A stretch of 64,000 nt of DNA from Candidatus Bathyarchaeota archaeon (GTDB lineage: Archaea; Thermoproteota; Bathyarchaeia; Bathyarchaeales; Bathycorpusculaceae): the NCBI GenBank assembly GCA_963815095.1, contig CAWFFH010000003.1, positions 1,248,001 to 1,312,000 of the forward strand, read 5' to 3'. How positions within the stretch are numbered: the stretch's first letter is position 1; the number at the start of each line of letters is the position of its first letter. Positions 18,630 through 29,201 of the stretch are shown here, piece after piece. The position numbers and the translations under genes were made by a program. The notes beneath the pieces were generated by a model that saw nothing but the letters and a program-made list of their open reading frames with translations, was not told the DNA's origin and made no database searches.

Positions 18630-20095
18630 AAATTAGTATTTCGTATCCACCGATACATTCGGAAAAAGGTGTCCCATTACTTAGTCAGAACAGGCAATTC
18701 CAGTATTTCCGGTCACCAACATACATTTTCCCAGTAGTTCCATCTTACGCCGCTACATTGCTGAAAAATGCTGGCTACGATGTAATCTGGGATGATGGAA
18801 TCGCAGAAGAAAAAACTTACAACCAATGGCTAAAAGACATCGAGCAAAAGAAGCCAGATGTAATCGCTATTGAAACCAAAACACCAGTTGTTAAGAAACA
18901 TTGGTCAATCATTAGTGACGTAAAAAATATTCTTCAACAAACAAACGTTGTCCTATTTGGTGACCACGTAACAGCGTTGCCCCATGAATCAATGGCGAGC
19001 AGCCCCGTCGATTTTGTCTTAACGGGCGGAGACTATGACTTTTTATTGCTTAACTTGGCAGATTACCTAAGTGGCAAATCAAAACTTGAGCCTGGCGTTT
19101 GGTACCGTGAAAATAAAGTAATCAAGAATACAGGGCAGTTTAAACTGAGTCACAGCTTAGATAGTCTCCCGTTTATCGACCGCGAATTGGTCCATTGGCG
19201 ACTCTACAATGAACGTAATGGTAATTTTAAGGTAACACCTGGCGCTTACACAATGGCGGGGCGCGATTGCTGGTGGCGAAAAGATGGGGGCTGCACTTTC
19301 TGCTCTTGGCCAACACTCTACCCGACTTTCCGTTCAATGAAGCCTGAAAGATTAGCTGATGAGGTTGGATTGTTAATTGAAAAGTACGCCGTTAGGTCAG
19401 TTTTTGACGACACTGGATGTTTCCCTGCTGGCGAATGGCTAAGACGTTTCGCCAACCTAATGATTGAGCGAGGATACAATAAAAAAGTCCAATTCAGCTG
19501 CAATATGCGCTTTGGCGCATTAAATAGAGAAGATTACCGATTAATGAAGAAGGCTGGTTTTCGGATGCTTCTCTTTGGTGTAGAATCTGGAAGCCAAACA
19601 ACACTTGACAGGCTTAACAAAGGAACAAAAATTGCTGATATTATGAATGAATGCAGAATCCCCCGCGAAGAAGGATTAGAACCGCACATAACAATTATGG
19701 TAGGGTACCCATGGGAAACACGCCAAGATGCCCAAAGCACCCTTGCCGCAGCGAAAACAATGATGCAGAAAGGCTGGGCAGTCACATTGCAATCCACAGT
19801 AGTCATTCCTTATCCAGGAAGTAAACTGTATGCTGAAGCAGTGAAGAACGGTTGGTTCCGTGTTGACCCCACAGATTATGAACGATTTGACATGAAAGAA
19901 CCCGTAATGACGACACCCGACATGACGCCTGAAGAAGTAATGAAACTCTGCGACGAAATCTACAAAGTATTCCTAACACCACAATACATGCTAAAGCAAC
20001 TATTCAGGATACGGTCAGCAAAGGATGTAAAATATTCAGCTAAAGGTCTTGCTAAAGTTTTAGGGCATGTAAAGGATTTTAAAAAAAACAAGTAA
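18626..20095 (+). CDS. cobalamin-binding radical SAM protein
   Basis: N-terminal B12-binding-like domain; GRDCWWRKDGGCTFC cluster motif; FGVESGSQ and PYPGS motifs. Confidence 0.88.
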   Translation: MKISISYPPIHSEKGVPLLSQNRQFQYFRSPTYIFPVVPSYAATLLKNAGYDVIWDDGIAEEKTYNQWLKDIEQKKPDVIAIETKTPVVKKHWSIISDVKNILQQTNVVLFGDHVTALPHESMASSPVDFVLTGGDYDFLLLNLADYLSGKSKLEPGVWYRENKVIKNTGQFKLSHSLDSLPFIDRELVHWRLYNERNGNFKVTPGAYTMAGRDCWWRKDGGCTFCSWPTLYPTFRSMKPERLADEVGLLIEKYAVRSVFDDTGCFPAGEWLRRFANLMIERGYNKKVQFSCNMRFGALNREDYRLMKKAGFRMLLFGVESGSQTTLDRLNKGTKIADIMNECRIPREEGLEPHITIMVGYPWETRQDAQSTLAAAKTMMQKGWAVTLQSTVVIPYPGSKLYAEAVKNGWFRVDPTDYERFDMKEPVMTTPDMTPEEVMKLCDEIYKVFLTPQYMLKQLFRIRSAKDVKYSAKGLAKVLGHVKDFKKNK

Positions 20096-20111
20096 TTCTC
20101 TAGGTTTTCTC

Positions 20112-20945
20112 ATGTCCCCAATTTCCTCAAAAGAAACAAAAAGTGCTCCATTGGTTTCTGTTGTTGTAACAACAAAGAATGAAGAAAAAAACATCGAAAA
20201 CTGTCTAAAATCAATAAAAAATCAAACTTTCAAGAACATAGAAATAATTGTAGTTGACAATTTTTCAGAAGACAAAACTCGCGAACTTGCGAAAAAATAC
20301 ACCACCAAAGTCTATTTTAAAGGAAATGAGCGTTCTGAGCAAAGAAATTATGGCGCCAAAGTTGCTCAAGGCAAATATCTAATTTATTTGGATGCAGACA
20401 TGATTTTAAGCCCAACTGTAATAGCTGAATCCGTCGCAAAGTGTGAAAATAACATTATTGATGCGCTATATGTTCCGGAAAGAATAATTGGCAAGGGTTT
20501 CTGGATTAAAGTTAGAGATTTTGAAAGAAGCTTCTACACAGGTACAGTTATAGACGCCGTACGATTTATCAGAAAAGATTTATTCGAAAAAATAGCTGGG
20601 TTCGATGAAAGTCTGAAGGGACCTGAAGATTGGGACCTTGATAGGAGGATTAGAGCGATTGCCCAAGTGGGCGTAATTATCTCTGCTCTAAACCATAACG
20701 AGGGACAATTCAATATAGAGCGATATCTTGGGAAAAAAAAATATTATCTCCAATCTTTCGATAAATATGTTCGCAAATGGGGCGAAGATGACCCTGAAAT
20801 TAAAAAACAGCTTGGAATTTCTTATAGATTGGCTGGTGTTTTTATTGAAAATGGTAAATGGAAAAAACTTCTAAAACATCCAATTCAGACTTTAGGAATG
20901 TTTTACTTAAGATTCATGGTAGGACTCTCCTATTTGAGATCGTGA
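20112..20945 (+). CDS. GT2 glycosyltransferase
   Basis: TTKNEE, VDNFS, LDAD and EDWD motifs. Confidence 0.9.
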   Translation: MSPISSKETKSAPLVSVVVTTKNEEKNIENCLKSIKNQTFKNIEIIVVDNFSEDKTRELAKKYTTKVYFKGNERSEQRNYGAKVAQGKYLIYLDADMILSPTVIAESVAKCENNIIDALYVPERIIGKGFWIKVRDFERSFYTGTVIDAVRFIRKDLFEKIAGFDESLKGPEDWDLDRRIRAIAQVGVIISALNHNEGQFNIERYLGKKKYYLQSFDKYVRKWGEDDPEIKKQLGISYRLAGVFIENGKWKKLLKHPIQTLGMFYLRFMVGLSYLRS

Positions 20946-21041
20946 AAAATTTATGAACATACTCCCATGTGACAAAGAAGTTTTGATGACCAACGGAAAA
21001 TCTTTTCTGACATTCGACATCTTTATTTTAAACTTAAAAGT

Positions 21042-22223
21042 ATGCTTAAATTCACAATGGATTTAAGATTGATGGTTGACAATCGAATGCAGAAGAAAAA
21101 AATCATTTTCTTTTTCAACTCTTTTGTTACTTTAAGTGGAGGCGACATCCGTCTCATTGAAGTCGCCAAACGGATTCACACTTTCGACAAAATTGTAGTA
21201 ACCTCACCAAAAGGTAAACGTGTCTGCGAGACCAATGAATTAGCCGCTAAATACCTACTAACTGCAGGTAAAAGCGACAGGTTGTTCAAGAATGTATTTT
21301 TGGCATATTTCATTCGCACGGTACATGCATTGTTTTTAAAACTAAGATTTTCTGGTCAGCATATTTTATATTCTTCTTCTGATTTCTTGCCCGATGTTTT
21401 TCCAGCTTTTGTATTAAAAAATACAAACAGGAATTTTAAATGGGTTCAAGAAATATATCACTTAATTCCCCCTCCTACTCGCAGAGAGGGCCCTTTTGTT
21501 ACAAATTTGTTATCGTTTACAGCGCAAAGGTTTAGTCTTAACCTGATAAAACGAAACGCGGATTCTATTTTTGTTCTTAACACATTGATAAGAACTCAGC
21601 TTGTCAAATTGGGCTTTTCAGAAAACAAAATATTTGTTACAGGCGCAGGAATAAACTTTGATAAAATAGGTCAAGTACAACCAGCAGAAGAAACTATTTA
21701 TGATGCTTGTTTTTTGGGGCGTTTGCACAAATCAAAAGGAATTTTTGATTTGATTGAAATCTGGAAGCTGGTTACCCAAAAAAAGAAAAATGCAAAGTTG
21801 GCAGTAATTTATGTTGGTCCAAAAGATTTAGAATCGGCTATGATAAAGAAAATTCAGGATACTGGTCTTTATTCCAATGTTTTTATGCTACCAGTTACGG
21901 GAAATAAGGCTTTGAGTGTAGTTAAGTCTAGTCGCGTCTTCGTTTTTACCAGTCATGAAGAAGGGTGGGGAATTGCAATCGCTGAAGCTATGGCTTGCGG
22001 CCTACCTGTAGTGGCGTACGATTTACCGGTATACCGCGAAATTTTTCCACAAGGTATGATAAGGGTATCGTTAAATGACATTAAACGATTTTCTGAGGAA
22101 ACATTGAACTTGCTTGAAAATGATGAGACACGAAATATTTTAGCTAAAAAGGGAAAAGCTCAAGTAACCATATATGATTGGAGTCACGTGGCGGCCAGAG
22201 AATTATCCGTGATGGACAGGTAA
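21042..22223 (+). CDS. GT4 glycosyltransferase
   Basis: GRLHKSKG and EEGWGIAIAEAMACG motifs; the true start may be slightly downstream. Confidence 0.9.
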   Translation: MLKFTMDLRLMVDNRMQKKKIIFFFNSFVTLSGGDIRLIEVAKRIHTFDKIVVTSPKGKRVCETNELAAKYLLTAGKSDRLFKNVFLAYFIRTVHALFLKLRFSGQHILYSSSDFLPDVFPAFVLKNTNRNFKWVQEIYHLIPPPTRREGPFVTNLLSFTAQRFSLNLIKRNADSIFVLNTLIRTQLVKLGFSENKIFVTGAGINFDKIGQVQPAEETIYDACFLGRLHKSKGIFDLIEIWKLVTQKKKNAKLAVIYVGPKDLESAMIKKIQDTGLYSNVFMLPVTGNKALSVVKSSRVFVFTSHEEGWGIAIAEAMACGLPVVAYDLPVYREIFPQGMIRVSLNDIKRFSEETLNLLENDETRNILAKKGKAQVTIYDWSHVAARELSVMDR

Positions 22224-22415
22224 GCGTTGCGAATACTGGAAGTATCTTGCAATTTCTAATCGAATTTTTAAAAATCATAGTTCGTAAATATTTTGTTTAG
22301 AAGTATTTTAATATCTGAATCGAAATAACTGTCTAAACTTCAACTTTACATCTTAGGGTCTTAACCTTAGGTCCTTAATCCTCTCTAAAGGATACATCTG
22401 GAATGGTAGAATAAT

Positions 22416-23423
22416 TTGAGCGCTCTTAAAAAAGAATTATATTTCATAATTTGTATACCGACCTATAATGGCGCCTCGTTTATTGGACCAACACTCCAAA
22501 GCATCCTCGCTCAGGATTTTCAGAATTACAAAATTATTATTTCAGACGACAATTCAATCGATAACACAATAGATGTAGTAAAAACCTTTAAGGATGAACG
22601 GATTAAAATTTTTGAGAATAAAGAAAACTTAGGTTACGGTAAAAACCTCGAAGTTTTAAGAAAACAAGCAAAAGGTGACATTCTTTTTCTAATGGGGCAA
22701 GATGATATCCTAAGGGAAGGCGCTCTTTCGAAAACCCACAGCGCATTTTTATCCGATGAAAATGTGGGGGTTGTAACTAGACCCTATTTTTGGTTTGATG
22801 AAGATATTTCTCACCCTGTGAGAGCAGTGAGACCCTATGATAAAAATCAGGATTCAGAAATATCAATCTTTGATGGCAAAAAAGCGATACAAAAAATTTT
22901 CGAATCTGTTGGTCAGTTATCAGGATTAGCCTACCGAATAAAATATATGGATATAGGTTTCCATGAGGACATTTTTCCAGCTCATATTTACCCTTTCGCT
23001 TCGATTTTGAAAAAATATAAAGTCGTCTTTTTGAAAGACTATACCGTAGCTGTAAGGATTGGAAGCAGCGTAACCAGACACAATTCCCGAATTTATGATA
23101 TATCTCCCGCTGAGAGCTGGATAAGAATGTTTGAAACGGTTTACAGCGGAAAGGAATATGTAAATCTAAGGAAGGATTGTATAGAGTTTATAACAAGAAC
23201 TCATTTTGATGGATTAGTTCAACTAAAAACTTCTGCCTCAATGAAAATATTACTTCGCGAAATACTCATTTTAATTAGATATCGCTGGCTCAATATTTTT
23301 AGTATTAAGTTCTGGTTGTTTGCTTTAGGAACAATATTAGTGCCTAGGAAAATACTTAGGGTATCGGTTGATGGATTTAAAAGAAATATTCTCTCAAAAA
23401 CATTGAACGACATTATTATTTGA
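22416..23423 (+). CDS. GT2 glycosyltransferase
   Basis: IPTYNG, SDDNS and GQDD motifs. Confidence 0.88.
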   Translation: MSALKKELYFIICIPTYNGASFIGPTLQSILAQDFQNYKIIISDDNSIDNTIDVVKTFKDERIKIFENKENLGYGKNLEVLRKQAKGDILFLMGQDDILREGALSKTHSAFLSDENVGVVTRPYFWFDEDISHPVRAVRPYDKNQDSEISIFDGKKAIQKIFESVGQLSGLAYRIKYMDIGFHEDIFPAHIYPFASILKKYKVVFLKDYTVAVRIGSSVTRHNSRIYDISPAESWIRMFETVYSGKEYVNLRKDCIEFITRTHFDGLVQLKTSASMKILLREILILIRYRWLNIFSIKFWLFALGTILVPRKILRVSVDGFKRNILSKTLNDIII

Positions 23424-23448
23424 GCTATCGATAGGTAGATAAGTTATC

Positions 23449-24588
23449 ATGAAAATCGCTATTGTTTATTTTCGTTATCCGCTTTATCTGAAAGGTTCTT
23501 ACTTTCAAGAATTTTTAAATAAACTTGCCGGATCAATCGACGAGATACAACTAATTGCTGCCCATTATCCTAAAGGCGCTTTTATTAAACCGTCGAATGT
23601 TAAAATTTCTTGGGTTCCTTTATTTAAAATTCGGTTTGTTGAAGACTTTTTTTTCATGTTTGCAACTCTGTTAAAAGTTATGTTTGTAAGAACACTTCGA
23701 GATGTTGACTTAGTTAATACTGTTGGCCCGCGTGGGCTTTTAGCGGGCTGGTACCTAAAAAAGGTCCATCGGGTGCCTCTTGTTTGTACAATTGAAATGA
23801 TTAATGAAAAAGGTTCTTTGTTGAATAGTATTTACTACGAAGTTGTTAGGTTCTTAATGACTAAAGCGCCTGTTGACAAGTTTATTTGTTGGTCAAATTA
23901 TTACTGGGAAAATCACTTAAAAATGTGGGGTATCCCTCGAGAAAAGGTTGCTATTATTTCAGGGGGAATAAATACTGATGTTTTTAACCCCGCAGTTGAT
24001 GGAAGTGCAGTGAAAAAGAAATATGGCTGCGATTGTCCCCTCCTTGTATTTGCAAAGCCCCTCTATTTTCCTAACACGGAATCAGCAAAAATCTTAGTTC
24101 AAGCTATAGCGAGGCTAAAGCCAAAAATTGCCATGAAACTTTTGGTAGGTTCTGGGGAAGGGGCAAAAGAGGTAAGCAATTTGGCGAGAAGTCTTGGAGT
24201 TCAGGATTGCGTTGAATTTATGCCACCAACACCTTTTACCAAGATTCCCAAGTATATTGCAGCTGCAGACTTGGTCGTTTTGCCATTCACTTATTCAGCT
24301 ACCACTTCCAGATCTCTTCTAGAGGCGATGGCAATGGGAAAAGCGATAATTACTACAAAAGTGGGGGAGATACCAAACATCATCGAAAATGGCAAGGAGG
24401 CGCTTTTAGTGGACCCGAAGATGGAAGACATTTCAGATGCAATAGCCTTGGTGATAAGCGATCAAAACCTTGCAACTTCACTTGGTAATCACGCAACAGA
24501 TTTAGTTAGACGGAAATATTCCTTGTCAACAATTGTCGATGAGACTGTTAAATTGTTTTTATCCGTGAAATCTAAAAGAGACAATTGA
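23449..24588 (+). CDS. GT4 glycosyltransferase
   Basis: LLEAMAMGK motif and GT-B-like C-terminal half. Confidence 0.88.
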   Translation: MKIAIVYFRYPLYLKGSYFQEFLNKLAGSIDEIQLIAAHYPKGAFIKPSNVKISWVPLFKIRFVEDFFFMFATLLKVMFVRTLRDVDLVNTVGPRGLLAGWYLKKVHRVPLVCTIEMINEKGSLLNSIYYEVVRFLMTKAPVDKFICWSNYYWENHLKMWGIPREKVAIISGGINTDVFNPAVDGSAVKKKYGCDCPLLVFAKPLYFPNTESAKILVQAIARLKPKIAMKLLVGSGEGAKEVSNLARSLGVQDCVEFMPPTPFTKIPKYIAAADLVVLPFTYSATTSRSLLEAMAMGKAIITTKVGEIPNIIENGKEALLVDPKMEDISDAIALVISDQNLATSLGNHATDLVRRKYSLSTIVDETVKLFLSVKSKRDN

Positions 24589-24653
24589 TCCTATATATTC
24601 AGATCAAATTATAGGAGAAAGATATTACTGATTGTAATCGCCATATCTTCGCT

Positions 24654-26777
24654 TTGATCAACCTGCGTGGCCATGGGGATAGAACTATTACTAAACTGCA
24701 AAATACAACTCTCGTTGTCAAATCTTTTCTATCCAGAGAATGGGCTGCCCACGGTATTTTACTACTTGGATATTCTTTAATCGCCTGTTTTTTCCTCTTC
24801 GGGGTTTTAACCAGCAGAGGCAATGCCGCACAACAGGATTGGACATTTCCAGTGACCGCTAACAGTTCCTGGGACAATCTTTACCAACACTTCTTTATCT
24901 GGCACTTATTTGGTTTTGGAGGTGTCGTGACATATTTTGATTTATTATTTAGTTTACCTAGTGCTTTATTCGCGCAAATAGGTTTTTTTGGTGGAGCCGA
25001 AATCAAGATTCTGGCTGTTGGTCTTGTCGCAATTGGTGGTTGGTTCGCATATTTAATGTGCAGGTCATTTGGAATAAGTAGATCTTCATCTTTCTTGAGC
25101 GGTCTATTCTTTATGACTACGGCTCTTGTTTTTGACTATCTAATGTTTGGTTGGACATATAACATGATTTCTTATGATTTGTTACCTTTATTTATCTTGA
25201 TTACAAAAAAAGGTCTTGAGACAGGGGCATTGCGTTATGCTTTAGCTGGCGGCATTATCTTAGCACTTGCTTTGATGTATCCTCAGGCTGCAATATTCTA
25301 CATACCTGTACTAGCATTGATCGTAATTTTTGTTGCCGGAACTAATTTTAAAATAATATTAAAAGGGTTGCTGCATTCGATTATAACGTTAGGAATAGGT
25401 GCGTTGAGTTATACTTACTTTTTCACATCATACACCGGTATATTCTATTCTTTTAGTTCAGATGTAGTCAGTGCTATAAATGAAAATCTAACTCTTGCGA
25501 ATGTGGCTAGATTCTGGGGATCAACATACAACTATCAGTTTGAGACGTATTTTCCTAAGAGCTTGCTATTGTTTTCCTTCATCCCACTGGTCATTGCAAG
25601 TCTCTCAATAATTCTGAAGCCCCGAAATAAATGGCTTTATTTCTTTGCATTTTTGTACATTTTTTCGCTGCTTCCTGAATTAGCTGGAAACGCAGTATTC
25701 TCGTTGCCGTTTGGTTTTGCGTTCAGAATTCTGAGTCTTTTTCTTATTCCTTCAGCCCTTGGAATTGCTGCTTTAATAGGATTTAGTTCTGATGCAATTT
25801 TAATTAAACTATCAAGCTTAAGAAATAATAGGCTAAAGAAATATGCGGGTAAATTTTTAGTGCTTGCAATTCTACTGCTCATAGTTCTATCGGGTGCTCC
25901 TTGGTGGCTGGGTCAGACATCGGGAGCTGTGGCTTCTCCTCAAGCTACTAAGTTGAATTTGGTTGAATTGCCCCATGGATTTGTGGATTGGAACAAATTT
26001 GTGCCAAGCAATGATTCCGGTATGTTTGTGCTTTATTGGCCGATTTCTTCATACATTCAATTTGAGAATACTTTGTATTATTCTGAGACTTTTCAGGGAG
26101 TTAACAATCCGTTTTTCCAACCGGCGACGAATTTTTCACCCGTCTTGGGTAGTGCCGCGTTTTTTTCGTCAATGTCTCGTTTCTTTAATGGGAATTATTC
26201 CCAGTTGGGTGAGGTTTGGGGTAATATGAGTATAAAATATATTGTGGTTTTTACGAATACGTCTTCATCGAACTTTAATTATGCAACTGCTGACGATTTG
26301 CTGAATGGACTTTATAAAGTGAATGGCGTTGTTGAAATTTACCAGTCTCAAGGTGTTATTGTATTTGAAGACCAATATGCAAAACCTGTTGTTTATTCCA
26401 ACAATACAAATGCGTCTATCGATATAATCTCTCGAAATCCAACATATTACAAAGTTGCGGTCAACGCTTCTTCACCGTTTACTCTTATCCTAAATCAACA
26501 ATACGACCAAGGCTGGACCGCCTCAATAGACGGCAAAGCAATTCCTGTTTCTGATCACTTCGCGTTCGACGATTCTTATAATGCTTGGCAAGTAAATTCT
26601 TCTGGGCAACTTACTATTGAGCTTTATTATCAACCTCAAACAAACTACCTCGCTGGAGTCTTAATCTCTATGATAACTTTCTATGGCGTCTTTGCTTACC
26701 TGATTGCGATAGCAATAAAAGATTTAATCGTAAAAAGAAATAAAAAGGTTAGACTTGAAAAAGCAATAACTCAGTAG
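24654..26777 (+). CDS. large polytopic membrane protein, GT-C/YfhO-like (paralogue of 35660-37726)
   Basis: QQDW first loop, about 12 TM segments, extracellular domain with LNQQYDQGW and a final TM helix. Confidence 0.7.
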   Translation: MINLRGHGDRTITKLQNTTLVVKSFLSREWAAHGILLLGYSLIACFFLFGVLTSRGNAAQQDWTFPVTANSSWDNLYQHFFIWHLFGFGGVVTYFDLLFSLPSALFAQIGFFGGAEIKILAVGLVAIGGWFAYLMCRSFGISRSSSFLSGLFFMTTALVFDYLMFGWTYNMISYDLLPLFILITKKGLETGALRYALAGGIILALALMYPQAAIFYIPVLALIVIFVAGTNFKIILKGLLHSIITLGIGALSYTYFFTSYTGIFYSFSSDVVSAINENLTLANVARFWGSTYNYQFETYFPKSLLLFSFIPLVIASLSIILKPRNKWLYFFAFLYIFSLLPELAGNAVFSLPFGFAFRILSLFLIPSALGIAALIGFSSDAILIKLSSLRNNRLKKYAGKFLVLAILLLIVLSGAPWWLGQTSGAVASPQATKLNLVELPHGFVDWNKFVPSNDSGMFVLYWPISSYIQFENTLYYSETFQGVNNPFFQPATNFSPVLGSAAFFSSMSRFFNGNYSQLGEVWGNMSIKYIVVFTNTSSSNFNYATADDLLNGLYKVNGVVEIYQSQGVIVFEDQYAKPVVYSNNTNASIDIISRNPTYYKVAVNASSPFTLILNQQYDQGWTASIDGKAIPVSDHFAFDDSYNAWQVNSSGQLTIELYYQPQTNYLAGVLISMITFYGVFAYLIAIAIKDLIVKRNKKVRLEKAITQ

Positions 26778-26786
26778 GAGCCATCG

Positions 26787-27875
26787 GTGAGAATACTGAA
26801 CGAATTAAATAACCAACCGCTAGTTTCTGTAATTATGTTGAATTATAATGGTGTGGCGTTAATAGAACGCTGTCTAGGGTCAGTCTTAAATTCAGATTAT
26901 CCAAATTTTGAAGTTTTATTCGTCGATAATGCCTCCACCGATCAGAGTGTTACCTTTGCAAAAGAAAAATTTGGACGTGATCAACGGTTGAGGATCGTTC
27001 AATATCGAGAGAATTTTGGTTTTGCTCAAGGAAACGATAAAGCCGTAAGGGAAGCTAAAGGAGAATACTTAGTCTTCTTAAATACCGATACAGAGGTGAC
27101 TCCTCCTTGGATAAATGAACTTGTAAAAGTTATGGAGTCTGATAGGACTGTAGGTTCAGCGCAAAGTAAACTATTGGGGTTGGCTGATCGAGAGATTTTT
27201 GATGGAGTTGGCGATGTTATGGACTTTTATGGTGGTGCATTTTCGCTAGGGCATGGGGAGAAAGATTTAGGTCAATACCAGACTTTAAGAGAAATTTTTA
27301 GTGCTCGAGGCGCCGCATTTATAGTCAGAAGGAGCATTTTTGAAGATGTAGGGATGTTTGACCCAAAGTTCGTTTCCTTTCTTGAGGATATAGATTTAGG
27401 GTGGAGGATTTGGCTTAATGGTTATAGGGTTGTGTATGTGCCGAAATCGGTTGTATATCATCTCGGCGGAGCTACTCTTAAAAAACTTAACAAAGTGCTC
27501 GTTGTCCGCACGGATATACGCAGTCGAAGAAACCAAGTTGTGATGATGATAAAAAACTATGACTTAAAAAACATAGTGAAATACGTCCCTGTTCGTATCA
27601 TTGTTAACATGATTATTGTATCATTTATATCTATTACCAACCCGATTGAAGCAACAAAAGTTTTGAAAGGTTATCGTGACTCTATAAAGCTTAGAGAGAT
27701 TTGGGTTGAACATTTAAGAATTCAGAAATACATAAGGAAAGTTCCAGATGATGTTGTTATGAAGCACATGCTGGAAACTAAGCTTGCCTTGTTTCTACGC
27801 TATATAGTCAACATAATTGTTTATGGTGAAGAATATGCAATACGAAACTATTTCTTTAAACAAAGAAGAAACTGA
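26787..27875 (+). CDS. GT2 glycosyltransferase (rhamnosyltransferase-like)
   Basis: LNYNG, VDNAS, LNTD and EDIDLGWR motifs. Confidence 0.9.
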   Translation: MRILNELNNQPLVSVIMLNYNGVALIERCLGSVLNSDYPNFEVLFVDNASTDQSVTFAKEKFGRDQRLRIVQYRENFGFAQGNDKAVREAKGEYLVFLNTDTEVTPPWINELVKVMESDRTVGSAQSKLLGLADREIFDGVGDVMDFYGGAFSLGHGEKDLGQYQTLREIFSARGAAFIVRRSIFEDVGMFDPKFVSFLEDIDLGWRIWLNGYRVVYVPKSVVYHLGGATLKKLNKVLVVRTDIRSRRNQVVMMIKNYDLKNIVKYVPVRIIVNMIIVSFISITNPIEATKVLKGYRDSIKLREIWVEHLRIQKYIRKVPDDVVMKHMLETKLALFLRYIVNIIVYGEEYAIRNYFFKQRRN

Positions 27876-27934
27876 CTGCTTTAAACCGTTAAACAAACTA
27901 TTGTAAACTAAAGTAACAAAGGTTAACTCGAAAA

Positions 27935-29032
27935 TTAGCGAATTAAGGAACTTAATCCAGCTTTTATTTTTTCGGGAGCAGGCAAAAGTAAAATACTTTT
28001 GAGCAAAGCCCAATTGGGAATGGTTAAGACTATCCAAAGGTATTTTTTGAAACCAGGTTCATAAAAAATGTATTTCCTGACCATTTTTCTATCAATTGTA
28101 CCATAGGAGTTCTTGATTTTTGTCTCAGCAATTTTTCTTCTTGCGAATGGTAACTCTTTTCCTATGCTGGCAAGGAGGTTGCAATAAGAAATTATATCTT
28201 TGAACGAAGAAACGGCGACAGCTCCCATAGTTCTTTCGTCGAAACTGTTCTGCCTTAGGAAAACGGATAAACGTTGCAAATTATAGATACGATCGAATTG
28301 GAATCTTTTAGATATTGATTGAGAATATTGCCGATAAAAATACGAGCCTTGGCAAAAGACAACTTTATTAGAGTTAAAAAGCAAGATGCGAGTGGAATAT
28401 TCGTCGCTGTACGTCCCGAATTCTTCGAATCGCACCCTTCGTATTAAGCTTCCACGCCATAATGCATTTCCATGAATTGTCCAGTCAATGCTATGAAAAA
28501 CGGCTTGCCGATTTGTTAACAATACCCTTCTGTTACCGTTTAGTCCAACTAAGGACCTTATCCAGTCGCCTTTTTCTGAGAAAAATATCAAGTCAGGGGC
28601 CACGCAATCTGCGTTTGTTTCCTTGGCTCGATCGTACATGTTTTGTAAAATATCATCACTTAAGTAGTCGTCCGCGTCAAGCACGAACACATATTCACCT
28701 GCAGATCTATCGATGCCGTAATTCTTGGTTATTGACGGAATTCCGGTGTTGGGTTTGTTATAAACGGTTATTCTGGGGTCTTTGGACCTGTATTGCTCCA
28801 AAAGTCGTAAACTCCCATCTGTGGAGCCATCGTTTACACAGACTATTTCAAAATCTCGAAAGCTCTGTTTCAATACTGATTGGATGGTCGAATGTAGATA
28901 CGACTCGGCATTGTAGACTGGAATTACAACTGATATCTTAACCGAGTTCTTTATGTCGTTTTTTTCCAATATCTTCAACCTTGAGGTCTTTAAATTTAGA
29001 TGAGTGAAATTATTTAATGATTTTGCAGGCAT
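27935..29032 (-). CDS. GT2 glycosyltransferase, inverted relative to its neighbours
   Basis: IPVYNAE, VNDGSTD and LDADD motifs. Confidence 0.9.
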   Translation of the reverse strand: MPAKSLNNFTHLNLKTSRLKILEKNDIKNSVKISVVIPVYNAESYLHSTIQSVLKQSFRDFEIVCVNDGSTDGSLRLLEQYRSKDPRITVYNKPNTGIPSITKNYGIDRSAGEYVFVLDADDYLSDDILQNMYDRAKETNADCVAPDLIFFSEKGDWIRSLVGLNGNRRVLLTNRQAVFHSIDWTIHGNALWRGSLIRRVRFEEFGTYSDEYSTRILLFNSNKVVFCQGSYFYRQYSQSISKRFQFDRIYNLQRLSVFLRQNSFDERTMGAVAVSSFKDIISYCNLLASIGKELPFARRKIAETKIKNSYGTIDRKMVRKYIFYEPGFKKYLWIVLTIPNWALLKSILLLPAPEKIKAGLSSLIR

Positions 29033-29201
29033 GTACCCGAATAGCTAAGAATAATAATTAATTTCGCGAATTTGCCACTGGCAGTTGCTCAAAAGAAAGA
29101 TTGTTCAAACAATTTAAGTAAGTTTTTCTTAAAGGAGCTATAACCTTATAAATTAATAGTTCCAATGCATGTTTTAGTTTGCAATTTAAACGTGAGTCAC
29201 A

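Noticed and set aside
22352-22378. Imperfect tandem repeat CTTAGGGTCTTAA/CTTAGGTCCTTAA
   Set aside because: Only two imperfect copies; not a CRISPR or iteron array.
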